A DNA stretch of 64,000 nt from Macrostomum lignano (lineage: Eukaryota), in the NCBI GenBank assembly GCA_002269645.1, contig NIVC01000051.1, positions 496,001 through 560,000 on the forward strand. Direction: 5' to 3'. Within the stretch, counting starts at the first letter, position 1, and every line of letters begins with the position of its first letter. Position numbers and translations under genes: made by a program. The notes below the pieces were generated by a model that searched no databases, had not been told where the DNA came from, and saw only the letters and a program-made list of their open reading frames with translations. Of the stretch, positions 25,014-37,995 are shown piece after piece.

Positions 25014-26910
25014 TCATCTACCCGAGTCAAACTGCAATCGGCGGGCAACCTTAGCAGCGGGCGGAACAGACAAACCGCCCCCGCTACCGCCGTTCGAGCC
25101 GGGCAAAATGTGATTCCTCGTAGTGGCTGATTGGTTGCTATGGTAACTAGCAACGCCGCCGATAACGCCACCGTCGAATCCGCGACCGCCGCCACCGCCC
25201 AGAGGAATTTGCTGATTAGTGCAAGGAGCCGGCGGCATCACAAAGTAGGGCATGGTCAAGGCCTCAGCTGCGGTCAGCCTGCAGTTATTGAGTCAGAGGC
25301 TGCCTTTTTGAGCTGAGTTTTGTCTTACTAAATGACCAACTAACTGACCAACTAACTAACTAACTAACTAACTGACAAGCTAACTAAAAAACGGACTAGC
25401 TAAATAACTAACTAAATGACTGACTAGATAACAAACTAACCAACCTCTTAGCCGGATTAAGTCTCAACAGGCCCTGCATCAGGTCCAGCAGATCATTTGT
25501 AGCAGCCGTGAACACATCGTGCAGCGGTACTGGTTGGCACTCCTTAAACTGCAGATAATTCTCCAGCTGAGCAACCTCAGGCCAATCCTCTAAATTAGGC
25601 GTGCCCAACAGGTGATAGATTTTCGACAGCTGCATGATATCCGACTCGCCTGGGAACAGCGCAGTTCGACGCAACAATTCGGCAAAGACACAACCGGCGG
25701 CCCACATGTCAACGCCTGGGCCATAAATTTTGGCGCCTAGCAACAGTTCGGGGCATCTGTACCAGCGGGTCACCACTTGGTTTGTCAGTGGCCGGTTGGG
25801 ACTGCCGTACATGCGGGCCAGACCGAAGTCGCCGAGCTTCACCTTTCACAATTTTTAGTTTTATTTTATGAATTAGGAAACTATTTTAGATGTCGAGAAC
25901 AGGATATTGGGGGAGATTTTTGAGAATGGGATATTGGGGAGATGATGGGGATGGGAAATTGAGATGCTTCTCGAGAATGGGATACTTTATTGGAATATTG
26001 GGGATGTTATAGGGAATGTGATATTGAAGAGATTATCGAGAATGGAATATTTGGGGGAGATTATCGAGAGGGGGATATTTGGGGGAGATTATCGAGAGGG
26101 GGATATTTGGGGGAGATTATCGAGAATGAAATATTTGGTTGGGAATGGGATATTTGAGGGAGATTATCGAGAATAAGATATTAAAGAGAGATGATCGAGA
26201 ATTAGATATTTGGGGGATTTAATCGGGAATCGAATACTGTATTGGGGAGAGATTCTCGGAAATGTGATATTGGGGAGAAATTATCGGGAATGGGATATTG
26301 GGGAGAATCTGACAGTCAAAGAATCGAAAAAGATAGATTAGAGGAATTAGAAGCGGATATTAATATTGTACACTGGGAAGACTTCAGGAGCGTAAAGATA
26401 AGGATATGTCTAGAAGGCATTAATTATAAAGCAATAGGTATGAGGTACACACACCTGACCAGTAGCGCTAACAAAGATATTGTTACTCTTAATGTCCCGA
26501 TGCAGCACAAAATTAGCGTGCATATAATCCAGGCCGCGCAGGCACTGCAGCATAATATTCTTAATGTGACTAGGGGACAGCACTACACTCTGATCGTGCA
26601 CCAGCTTCTCCAAATCTGTGTGCATAATTTCGAAGACTAGATTAACATTGCCATCATCGCCGAATGCGTCAAGCAATCTGATGACATTGTCGTGCAACAG
26701 TTCGCGAAGCAGTTTAATCTCTCTAAGCGCGGTCCGGTTCACACCATCGGCAATGTCTTCTCGGGTGCCGGACTTCACTTTCTTAATGGCAACCAAGCGG
26801 CCATTGTGCGTGTCGCGAGCCTTGTACACCAGAGCGTACTGGCCCTCGTCAAAGTAATCAATTTTTTCGTAGCGTCGACTCTTTGGATTGGCAGCCAGTA
26901 ATGTGTCCAT
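25014..26910 (-). CDS. CDK7: Cyclin-dependent kinase 7 (exons 26455-26910, 25445-25842, 25014-25278)
   Basis: CDK7 signature [11 protein letters not shown]; VAIKK; HRDIKSNN; [25 protein letters not shown] with the Ser164/Thr170-equivalent sites; C-terminal ARRLQF. Junctions keep phase (0, 2). Confidence 0.93.
25870..26325. repeat. Degenerate gggagattatcgagaatgggatatt repeat in CDK7 intron 1; intron 2 (25330-25440) holds (TAAC)n
   Basis: Read directly. Confidence 0.8.
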
Positions 26911-27481
26911 GGTGACATCAGCCAAGTTCATTTGAATAGAATTGAACAATCAATTATAAAGTTTTATTTGTGCCACAGAGAGGTTCACTATAGAATTGAT
27001 TTTTTCACTGATAGAATCTTGCTAATGTAACACTAAAACAGATTTTTATCAAAAGACTTTTCTTATTTTTTCATCTTTGATGAGAATTTAATTTCATCTT
27101 TTTATTTATCAAGCTCAAAATGACCAAATAACAAATAGAGGGATGCCTTAAGCTTTGATTAATCAATAAACTTAGACTTCTACAACTTCAATGGGTTAGA
27201 GAAGCTTAACTATATAAAGGGTAGGAACAGCATCTTGGTTGCTATTTAGAGTTTTTTAAATTCATAAAGGAATAGATATATAAAAAATGAAGTTGTTAAA
27301 TAGACAATTAATCTATTAATAAGGCCTAAGTAATTTTAAAAATCTATTATATCTATTATCTACTATCTAATATGTTAACCATTATGCAGAATTTTAATAA
27401 TATGTGTCTTGCTTATTTGTACTTTTCATATTTGGCCACATATTCTCGATAGACATTTTCTTTGAATAGATCAGATACCAA

Positions 27482-28339
27482 AATACATGCAAAACACCTA
27501 GCCAATCTGGCTGGCTGGCAAGGGACAAAGCCAAGGTAAGTCATAAAAATGCCTTTTCTATAAAAAATAGATGTAGTATAAGCATACTAATAGGATGATG
27601 AGGCATGTAACCTTTTTTTATTAGAGGCAGGGGGTTACGTGCACCTTGGCGCAATTTAAGCGTCATAGGCACACAACCTGCGAGAGGCATTACTGCCCAT
27701 TCCACTGACTCCCCTGAGCAGGCATACAAGCGCGCGGATACGTACGCACATACATGCGCAACTGCTGGCCGACCTGGCCGATCTGGCCACCGTAAATTGT
27801 GGTGGACCAGGGGTAAGTCGCAAAAATTCCCAGCCTGAAGAATACAGACATAGTACTAATTAGATGACGAGGCATTTATACCTTATAAGACAGTCATAGT
27901 TACTCCTGCCGTTTACCCAAAATTGCGTTAGGGTTTTCTTTTACAGGTAAGTCGCATTTTTGGTCAAAAAGTAAGTCGCATGGCCAGTGTAAATCAGGGG
28001 GGTTGTGCATGTATGCGTACGCAGGCACACACTCACACAAAAGTGTACAGCGGCCCTAACTTTATATTATCATTAGGCATGTACACTTCACTGTGCCTTG
28101 GGGGGTTGGCTCTCAAGGCCGTTAATTGCACAAGCAGAGCCAAGACGAGATTCCAATTCAGCCCCAAATTAATGTGACTGCACTTGGAATCAAGCCTGGT
28201 ATAATACATTTATACTTACTCCTACCATTTACCCAAAATTACATTAATTTTTATTAGGTTTTTATTATAGGCACATTGCATTTTTGGTCAAAAAGTAAGT
28301 TGCATGGCTGGTATAAATCAGTGGTATTGAGCATGTATG
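27482..28339. mobile_element. Older degenerate family-A copy, interrupted by an unrelated insert that carries copy 1
   Basis: Ends aatacatgcaaaac and gagcatgtatg; internal family-A motifs (gaggcat..., ttactcct..catttacccaaaatt) lie on both sides of about 27620-28200. Confidence 0.55.
27749..28015. mobile_element. MITE family A, copy 1
   Basis: TIR catacatgcgcaac / gttgtgcatgtatg; perfect 8-bp TSD cgtacgca (27741-27748, 28016-28023). Confidence 0.92.
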
Positions 28340-29521
28340 GTCATTAATAATTTCAAATTTCAAACAAACAGATCTTAGAAATTTAGCATATTGCAATTGT
28401 TATCAATTTAGTCATTTTATAATAAAGGCCATAACAGAAGGGTAGTACAAAAACAATGCCATAGGGAGCTTAGGTTTTAACACTCTTAGATGTTTGCCTG
28501 CATGTTTAGGATCAATTGCTACCAACTTGAAACAGATCAGCTGAGACAAATAGTATTTGCTTTCAATTGAGCTCTTTATCTTATTGCTACTTTTCTGTCC
28601 TTATATTGCAGCTTCTTAAATAATAAAGAAAATAATAATAATAATAATAATAAATAGTTCCATTCTTTTCTTGCTTATTTGCATACAAGTATGCAACCTT
28701 CTTTCCTTGGCTTTAACTATTTAATGCTCATGCATTGTCTTATTATAGGAACTTGAGTACATTGCTAATATGCAAAATTTTATTGATAAACTTAATAAGA
28801 TTGCTTTTTTATAACTCATAAAATGGCAGCTTGGAGTTAATGAGTATATACAATAGTCTGCTAACAAGCCACATGTCATTGCTATTGTATGTGCTTTCTA
28901 GGCCTAATCTAAATATATTAAATCTTTAAGGTTTTTCTAATTTTTTGCTGTTTGGCTGTCTGTCATTGATTTTCTTCAAATTAGCTTTACAAAATTCATA
29001 ATTTTTGGCAATCATGCATAAATTTTTTGATGAACTATTCAAATGGGAAGTGGGTCAAAAATTTGAAAAAAAATTAAATGCTTTCAATGGGCACTCTCTT
29101 TTAATTTAAAATTTATAATTTAAAATTTAAATTTTTAATTTTAATTTAAAATTTAATTGCTCAGTTCAACCATTTAGGCCTCTCCTTGGCCAATGTATTG
29201 TATGAATGTACATTCACAATAAAGTTAAAGAGTTTTTTGACCCTTCATGTGGCAGGCTTGCAATTTGTGGGGTTAGTTGAATTTTATTATCATTTATCAA
29301 CCAGTCTAATATAGAATATTGATGATGATAAAAGAGTGGGTGCATGGGGGGTTAAAAAGCCTGAAATTTATCAATCCCCTAAACTGCTTTGATCTTATTT
29401 GTCTTATTTTATGAATACAATACCAAGTGGCATAGTTGCAGATTGTGGCAGTAGATAATAGACCCAATTAATTCAGATTTATTTGGCAAATTAGTATATA
29501 AAAATATATAAAAATTATACC

Positions 29522-29815
29522 CATACATGCACAACAGTTTGGCCAAGTCAGCAAATGCAGCTGACCAATTTGGCAGCCAACCAAGGTAAGTCCCAAAAAT
29601 GGCCATCCAAATAAATACCTAAGTAGTACTAAGTAGATGACGAGGCATTTTGCCTTGATAAGACAGTCAGGGTTACTCCTGCTATTTATCCAAAGTTGCA
29701 TTAATTTTGCTTCTTTTACATGTGATGTAAGTCGCATTTTTGGCCAAAAACTATGTTTCATTTTTGTTAAAACTAAGTTGCACGGCTGACCTATTTTGGA
29801 GGTTGCGCATGTATG
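29522..29815. mobile_element. MITE family A, copy 2
   Basis: TIR catacatgcacaac / gttgcgcatgtatg; perfect TSD attatacc. Confidence 0.9.
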
Positions 29816-29939
29816 ATTATACCCATTGTTATATAAGGTCACATATTCAAAAAACAAGTTTATAATGCTATCAATGCTTGAATTTTTTACCACCCATCAT
29901 CAGGGGCTTAGTGTTGTAATATACTTACATACTCAACAA

Positions 29940-30235
29940 CATACATGCGCAACAGTTGGCTGAGTCGGCCGATCTGGCCGACCGATTTGGTGGCCAATCA
30001 AGGAAGTTGCAAAATGCCCACCCAAAAAAATACCAAAGCAGTAGTACTAAGTAGCTGATGAGGCATTTTGACTTAATAAGACAGTTAAGTTACTCCTGCC
30101 ATTTACCCAAAGTTGAATTGAATTTGCTTTACAGTTTTTTTACATGTAAGTCACATTTTTGGCCAAAAACAATGTCGCATTTTTGTTAAAACTAAGTTGC
30201 ATGGCCGACCGAATTTTGGAGGTTGCGCATGTATG
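29940..30235. mobile_element. MITE family A, copy 3
   Basis: Same TIR; TSD ctcaacaa / ctcagcaa (7/8). Confidence 0.9.
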
Positions 30236-32174
30236 CTCAGCAACATCAAAAAGTTGCTATTGCAGAAGAGTGCAGCAAATAAAGTCTCCCTATCTTTGTA
30301 AGTGATACAACGTGCTATACCTTGGCAGGCTTGAGTTGAGGAATGAAAAAGGGAGGTGTAGTGTGTGAGGGTTTTGTTGGATGGATTAATGCACCCAATC
30401 AGTTTTCTTGTATCTTTTATTTCAGAATAGTCCAAGAGAAATTGCTCACTGGCACATAGAGTAGCAATTTTTCAATGTTGCTGAGTATATATAAAATTTT
30501 AAACAATAAAAAAATGATTTAGAAGTGAGACAAATATTCAAAAAACTGGACATACTTTCAATGTTTTTTTATGCTTGAATTTTTTTATTTTAAATATGAA
30601 TGCCCCCATGGGGGCTTAATGTGCTAGGCCTAGTCTAAATTATTTGAAAAAAATAAAGTTAAAAAAAAGACAAAGCAAGTTACCAAAAAACTACTTAAAT
30701 GATCTACAAAATTAAATTCTTTTTAATCAAGTGCCATAGTCTTATAGAGGCACTATCCATGTAGGAAATCATGCTTTCCATGGGACCAATAAGGCATTAT
30801 AACAACAAAAGACCTTTTTTGTAGTTGCAACAATAAGTATACCTAGCATGATTTTACATGTTGTTAGTAGGTAAATATGATGTAAAACTTATTAAAATTA
30901 TCTCAAAAAACTGTTACACAAAACTCTAAAATTGAATTTGTTACTTTCTTAAAGCTTATACAAATTGTATGTCTATGTCTATATAGAAACTATTTTACTT
31001 TATTTGGAAAACAAATTATATATTTCTGTTGATAAGAATTTTAATTTAGCTTTTGGATTTGCAATTCCATTGTGTATTTTTTTCACATTGCTAATGTAGC
31101 AGGCTATTAATATTGTATGAATACTTAGTTCCTTTTTAGCTTTTGTTCTCCAATTAGCCTTATTTGAAATTCTTAACTCTTGCCTTATTGTTTCAATCAT
31201 AAAATAGAATCTTTACTAACCACCTTTTTACAAGTAAATTGCGATGCTACTATCTTTAGTAATAATACATATAATAAATGTTTAATTTACTAGAAATTTA
31301 GTAACTTTAGTGTATATCTTTAGTAAGAATTTTGTAATAAAAGTATTTTGTTTGAATCTGTCCACCATTTTTTTGTAATGCTACTATAAATATAAGCATG
31401 AAAACTTAGTTGAAGACCAACTTGCGCTACTTGCTATTAAGGCCTAGTGCCAAGTGAACAGTTTGTTCTAAAAATAGCCACTGAGTCAGCCTTGTTCATT
31501 TAGAGACGTGCAGTCTCCGCCTTCTCTCTCCTTCCCCCAGCAGAACAGGCGTACAGCCCTTCCCTCTTCTCCCCAGTAAATTGGTCTCTCTCCTCCCCCC
31601 CCCAGTAGAACAGGCATATAGCCTTTCCTACTGCCATACATTCCAGGACCTGTTAATTTAGATTGGCACTCTGCCAAATTCCTAGCTCAGTAGCTTATTT
31701 GCTCAGCCCTTTCCCAATTCGATCATTTTGTTAGGCGTAGTGCCTTCACACCTATTAGACACTATCCCCTCCATGAAATTATTCCCTATTAGTTGCAAGA
31801 CCCTTTATTAGTGTGTTGATTCTCCAGGCAACTCTGATCCATTGCAAAGCCCTTACCTTCCCCAGTTATATTTCCCTGGACTGAGTAGAAAATTGTGTCT
31901 TGCCGCTTGGACACACCACGCCACCAGGAGCAACCTAAGGCTTACTCCTGTTAGTAGAATAAATTGCCTTTTCCTCCTCAAATCCTAGGAAACGCTTGGA
32001 AAATCCCCAGTAACCCCCGACCCCTATAACAAATTTGGTTGCAGCATTGTGATAGGAATGCAGACAGAAGTTAACCCTGTAACAAATTTGGTGGCAGCAG
32101 TAAAGGATCAGAATCTCGCGAAACGCGCACTTAAAAACCCCAGCCTAATTTCCCATCCCTATCCCTGAAGTACA

Positions 32175-33796
32175 ATGGCAGTAGGAATCAACGAAGCCCT
32201 AGGACTCTTAGCTGAAGAGCTCCGCAACTGTCTAGAATTAGGTCCCCTTAGACATGTAAAGATTCAGAAATATGTCCCCAGCCAAGATATCAGAGTATGG
32301 CTCACTGTATTTGACCAGCAATGTGAAAACGAAGGAATAGAAGAAGAAAATCGAAAGCAGGAATTGCTCACTAATTTAGACTTAAGCACTGCATTTGCGG
32401 CAGTTCAACACATCAATCTCCCAGCTAATCTCCCCTATGAAGAATTCAAGGAGAGACTGGTAGAGAGATTTGGAAAAGTATGAAGTTCCGCTGAATTTTG
32501 CGAAGAATTCCGAAACCGAAGCCAAGGTCGAAATGAGTCCCCTCACGCCAAAATTTTGCTTACTCTCCGGCCTCCCCATCATTTTGAAATGCCCCCCAAC
32601 CAAAATACTGGCAACCTCCCCAGTATGGTTTCCGTTATCCCTGCAAAAACCTCCCATGTACAGCCAATGCCTGTAAATAATGCGATATTTGTCTCCCCCA
32701 ATAATTTCTCACTTCTTGCCTTTGATGATGCCGACGATGCCATGCCAAATGCCCCCCCCATGATCCCCATGTGTACAATGCCTCCCATGCGACTACTGCG
32801 ACTAAAGCTCATGGGACTACTCCCCATGTAACCAATGCGATTTCTGCTCATTTTGCATCCACACCCCATGTACCCACTGCACTTGCATCCCATGTATCCC
32901 ATGCGATTGAAACCAAAAATGCTTTATCCAGTGCTAAAAACTGCTCAAGGAAGTGACAAAAGCCAAAACCCAATTCCCCATCCCAAATCGACCTGACTAA
33001 GCTAGAAGGCTATGAAGCTGTAATTGTCGGCGATATTCAGAAAGAGACCATTGATTTTCTGCTAGACACAGGTGCCAGAAATAATTTCCTGAGCCGCTCA
33101 ACCTGGTCTAAGCTATTCCGTGCCGATCAAATTCAAGAAACTAGTAAAAGTATTAGTACATTTGACGGTACCCCAGTCCAATTAGAAGAAGTATCTGCCC
33201 AAGTGAAGTTTGGTGATATCCAGATAGAAGTTGATTTCCTCCTTTGCCGACATGACTGTGACAATATACTAGGAATGGAATTTTTCTTATCCCAATGTGA
33301 AAGCATTCAGCTAGCCAAAGGAATGCTAGTGCTTAATGAAGGTACCTGTATACCCATGCAGTATACCCGCCTACCCATGAAAGTTTGCCAAGTTTATACT
33401 TAAGAAAGAACAATCATCCTAGCTAATAGTGCTTTCTGAATACCCGTGAAGTTAGCCAAGAATTGTGAATCGAATTATGGCACTCCCATGACCATTGAAG
33501 CCATTGGCGATACTATCCGAACCCGTGATTTCTCATTAGAAATGGTTCCAACCCTAGTAACTATGAAAGAAGGCAAAGGAATTGTCAAGATTATTAACCG
33601 CCACCTAGTAGATGTGAATTTAACTAAGACTTCCCTAATTGGCCTAGCCAGATCCATGAAAGCCAAAGACTTGACCTATTTGCAACCCCAATCTACCAAC
33701 CCCCAACCCCCTGCAAAAGTCAACCAGACCCAATGTACAGAAGGTTCATGGATTAATGAAGTGAGCCTTGGCCCTGAATTGTCAGATGAACAGTGA
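32175..33796 (+). pseudogene. Frameshifted gag and aspartic protease remnant of the gypsy element
   Basis: IRVWLTVFDQQCE...YEEFKERLVERFG (gag-like); IDFLLDTGARNNF...ILGMEFF (retropepsin DTG motif, about 33050-33290); broken by stops and frameshifts. Confidence 0.75.
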
Positions 33797-34076
33797 AAAG
33801 CAGTCATCAACTTAATGAAAGAAAACCGTGAAGCTTTTTATTGTACCAAGCTCAGTTATTGCAGCAGCAAGCTAAGGCTCCTGTCGAGGTCTCCCCGGAG
33901 ATGGCGAAACGCCAACCCCAAGGCAGTTGGGCTGCCGTGGCCCTGCCTCAGAGTGCCGCGCCGAAGCTGCATATTGCCCGCCGGCTTGAAAACCGTTAGC
34001 CGCCAAGATCACATGCGAGATCACCAGTTTCGCCGCCAAGAGACCCTAGACCACGTCCAGTTTTGCCATTAAGAGA

Positions 34077-34352
34077 CATACATGCGCAACTGCTGGCCGA
34101 CCTGGCCGATCTGGCCACCGTAAATTGTGGTGGACCAGGGGTAAGTCGCAAAAATGCCACCCCAAAGAATATGGACGTAGTACTAATTAGATGCCGAGGC
34201 ATTTAAGCCTAATAAGACAGTCATAGTTACTCCTGCCGTTTACCCAAGTAAGCGTTTATTTTGCTTTAGGGTTTTTTTCACAGGTAAGTCGCATTTTTGG
34301 TCAAAAAGTAAGTCGCATGGCCAGTGTAAATCAGGGGGGTTGCGCATGTATG
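34077..34352. mobile_element. MITE family A, copy 4, inside the gypsy internal region
   Basis: Perfect 14-bp TIR; degenerate TSD ttaagaga / ccaagaaa; removing it restores a continuous reading frame. Confidence 0.88.
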
Positions 34353-35267
34353 CCAAGAAACCCCAGACCACGCCCAAGATCACCTGTGAGACCGCCCCGA
34401 GATCCAGGACTGCCACAGGACAGGCCACCGTTACGACTCCAGCAACAGGTTATGAACAGGGTGGCCACCCTTCTTGAGTCTCTAGAGGTAGAAGTCCACC
34501 ACTTATGCTAGAACCCCCGGAAGTCGGGCCACTGCATGAAATTGGCAGTAATTTCAGCACCATTATGGCCAACATGCCTGAAGCGCTCCATGGCAAGTAT
34601 CGTCGTCGAGTATCTAAAGTCAAGGCATATCTAGTTCAAGTCAGGCGCTTCAAGATAGATGGATCACGGCCCTTCCCCTCGCAAGAGGATGTGCGGCCCA
34701 CTGTCCAGGCCTTACAACGCATGCAGCCTGAGCAGGCCATCACCGCCAGGAGACGTGCCATAGCCTATGCATTGCACGATTTGAACCAAGGTTGGGTCAA
34801 CAGAGCCCAATTGAGGATCAAAGTGCAGTGGACCGGTGAGGCCTATGGCTGGCCTTCTCCTGGGAACCTGCCAACTGAAATGGTCCAGTACCTTTGACTC
34901 TAGTAGTAAAACCTGCTTAATCTACTTTTAAATTTTTTTTCACTCGTAAACATTGTTTGAAAAATTTTGTCAGGAAAGCCAATTGTAACAGGCTATTAAT
35001 ATTGTATGAATACTTAGTTTCTTTTTAGCTTTTGTTCTCCAATAAGCCTTATTTGAAATTCTTAACTCTTGCCTTATTGTTTTGATCATAAAATAGAATC
35101 TTTACTTACCACCTTTTTACAAGTAAATTGCGATGCTACTATCTTTAGTAATAATACATATAATAAATGTTTAATTTACTAGAAATTTAGTAACTTTAGT
35201 GTATATCTTTAGTAAGAATTTTGTAATAAAAGTATTTTGTTTGAATCTGTCCGCCATTTTTTTGTAA

Positions 35268-37221
35268 TCTCTACCTATAAAAATCAAAACTCTGTGTGTG
35301 TGTGTGTGTGTGTGGACAATTTTGATCGCTATGGACTCCCAAACCGCTCAACCAAATTACACCAAACTTTACACCCACCCTAAACTTACTACGGAGAATG
35401 TCTTAGGCTACCTTTTAATTTCCTAGACTCAAGTCTTCCTACCTAAAAGTACAAAAAACTGCTCAAAATGCGAGATTTTTTCACTAAATCCTCCATAGCG
35501 CCGCTCCACTTCTACCAATTCTCTTTAAATTTGACACAGACAATCTTCAACTATTTTGACACAATCGTGTAAAATTTCAAGTCTCAAAGTTGATCCCGAA
35601 CGGCGCTGTGCACTTTTAAAGTTAGGCTGTTTTTTTCAGCGTGGTAGCCACCCCAATCTTCGCCCGCCTGCCCTCTTTCCCGATCTGGCTGGGCCCAGAT
35701 GTGTAAAAGGGGTTTTAAAATTGACTAACTTTCAGCTGCCATAAGTTTGCTCCACGTAAAGCGATTGATTTCTAACTTAACACAATTCTTCTTTGATTCA
35801 TTCTCTGTCTAAATGTAAAGTCTCAACTCTGTATCTCAATCAGGACGGAAACTGTAAGCATGTGAAGTTTGTCTGCTTTTTCTGTTGTTTGTGCCACTCA
35901 CTCACTCATTCCCCCAGAGCCAGACGAAGGGTCAGGCGATAGGACTGAATGTAGATAGCAAATGTACAGTGTTTTGGAATAACTTTATTTATAGCCTTCT
36001 CTGCACCCCGAGAGTGGAAAGGCTACGTTTAGCCATGACAGTTTAGTGAGAAATTCTAACCACTGCCCTCCCCTCTGTATTGGCAAACTCTGCAGCAGTT
36101 TAACACTGGATGGCAATTGGCAATTGGCAAATCGAGGGAATCCACTATCCAGCATGGTTTGTAAAAGCGAAAGATTTATGAAAAGGCGATGCGATGCAAT
36201 GCAATACAACCCTACTAAATTAGGAAAACCATGGAAATTTTAGGGTTCTTTTAAAGGTACTGTGTAAATATTAAATGGCCTCCTAAGAAATGCGTATTTC
36301 CTTGGTTGTTAGACTGATGCAGACTGCAGTGGAGCTGAAGATACACAAATTCCTTTCAGGGCTGCAAATTGGCAAGAAAGATGACATGATCAAAGCATGA
36401 GAACAACCATGAGAGTACTACGTCCCACAAACTGGCTTTCCAAGCAGGGATGGGCAGACTTTTACCTCAAAGGCCAGATAAAGAATCCAGCTCATAGCTG
36501 AGCTGCTGAGGGGCAGATGAAAGTGGAAAGAAGAAGGAATAGACGATTCGAAGAGAGGAGAGGCGACAGAGGGGATAAAAGTAAAGATAAAAGATAATAG
36601 GAGAGATGAGGGGGTGAGGACGATGAGAGAGAGGGGGAGAAGAGGGGAGAGAGGAAAAGCGAGAGAAAGAGTAGAGATGAGAGAGCAGAGAGCTGCAGAT
36701 GAGAGGAGAGAGGAGACAGCAGAGAGGAGAGCAGAGAGGAAACAGGTGAAAGAAGAGATGAGAGAGTAAAGGGAAGAGAGAAGAGATCAAGATACATCTC
36801 TACATCTCTAAGGTTGTAGAGATGAGAGAGGTGGAAGGAGAGATGAGAGATAACGGAGAGAGGAGAGTGGAGTGAGAGAAGAGAGGGAGACAGAGCATAG
36901 AAAAGGGAAGAGAGAAGAAAAGAAGAAAGGAGAAAGGAAAGTGAGGAGTCAAAAGAGGGGAAAGAAAAGAGTACAGAGGAGAGAGGTGAGAGAACATATA
37001 AGACAGAGATGCCAGATTAAAGAGGGGGATGAGAGAGCAGAGACGAGAGTGAACAGATGAAAGATGGGAGAGTAGAGAGAACAGATAAGAGATTACAGAG
37101 ACTAGAGGAGAGAGGAGAGACAAAGGTAGAGAAGTGAGTGAGGAGAGAGGAGAGGAGAGAGGAGAATGGAGAGGGGGGAGAGTGGAGAGGAGGAGAGATA
37201 AGAGAGAAAGACAGAGAAGAC

Positions 37222-37319
<98 letters not shown>

Positions 37320-37936
37320 GGGGAGCAGAGAGAAATGAGAAGAGATAAGAGAGATAAGATAAGAGAAAGGAAAGATGAGAGAGCAAAGACGAGAGAGAAA
37401 AGAGGTGAGGGAAGAGACGAGAGAAGAGGGGAGAGATGAGAGAGTAGAGGAGAGAGTTAAGAGAAGAGAGAAAAGAATAGAAAGGAGAAGGAAGATCAGA
37501 GAGAAGAGGGGGTGAGAGGAGAGAGGAGAGGAGAGAGGAGAGGAGAGAGAAAAGAAGAGACAAGAGATGAGATAAGAGAGATGAAAGAGAAGAGAGATGA
37601 GGGAAGATACGAGAGAAGAGGGGAGAGAGAAGAGAGAAATTTTAAAGGATCCAAGGGACGTAGGGAGAGTCAGGGAGAGGCCAGAGTTTGCCAATACATG
37701 TTTTAGAGTCAGACAGACATTGTCTGACATTCTGCGCAGTACCCCAGCCAACAATATCAAATGTTTGCCTCAAACCCTAATTTTACACGAATGTGCTCCA
37801 TTTTATGTCCACCTCTATTCTACTAACTATTAACAAGTTTTTGTTTGTGTATGGCCTTAGATTTCAGCATACATGCAAAATTAGTTCCGGGGATTGGAAT
37901 TCCCCGGGTTCAAAATCCGCGGGTTTCAACAGCTTG
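35268..37936 (+). mobile_element. Non-autonomous Helitron-like element inserted in the 3' LTR
   Basis: Starts TCTCTACCTATAAAAATC then (TG)n; ends with GC-rich hairpins (37887-37923) and ...caacagCTTG. It sits between A and T with no TSD; the empty site gtaa^tgctactataa is in the 5' LTR at 31378/31379. Confidence 0.8.
36445..37700. mobile_element. hAT-type MITE with expanded GA-rich interior, nested in the Helitron; related to 2849-3206
   Basis: Left cagggatgggcagacttttacctcaaaggccagat and right ccagagtttgccaatacatg resemble both ends of the 2.85-kb element; TSD is poor. Confidence 0.6.
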
Positions 37937-37995
37937 TGCTACTATAAATATAAGCATGAAAAATTAGTTGAAGACCAACTTGCGCTACTTGCTAT

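Noticed and set aside
30151-30435. 94-aa ORF as a real gene
   Set aside because: Its 3' third is MITE sequence, upstream frames have stops, and no family is recognisable; at most a decayed exon.
36467-37760. Ser/Leu-rich and Arg/Glu-rich ORFs over GA tracts (also 2879-3216 and 40016-40408)
   Set aside because: Low-complexity translations of polypurine DNA inside transposons.
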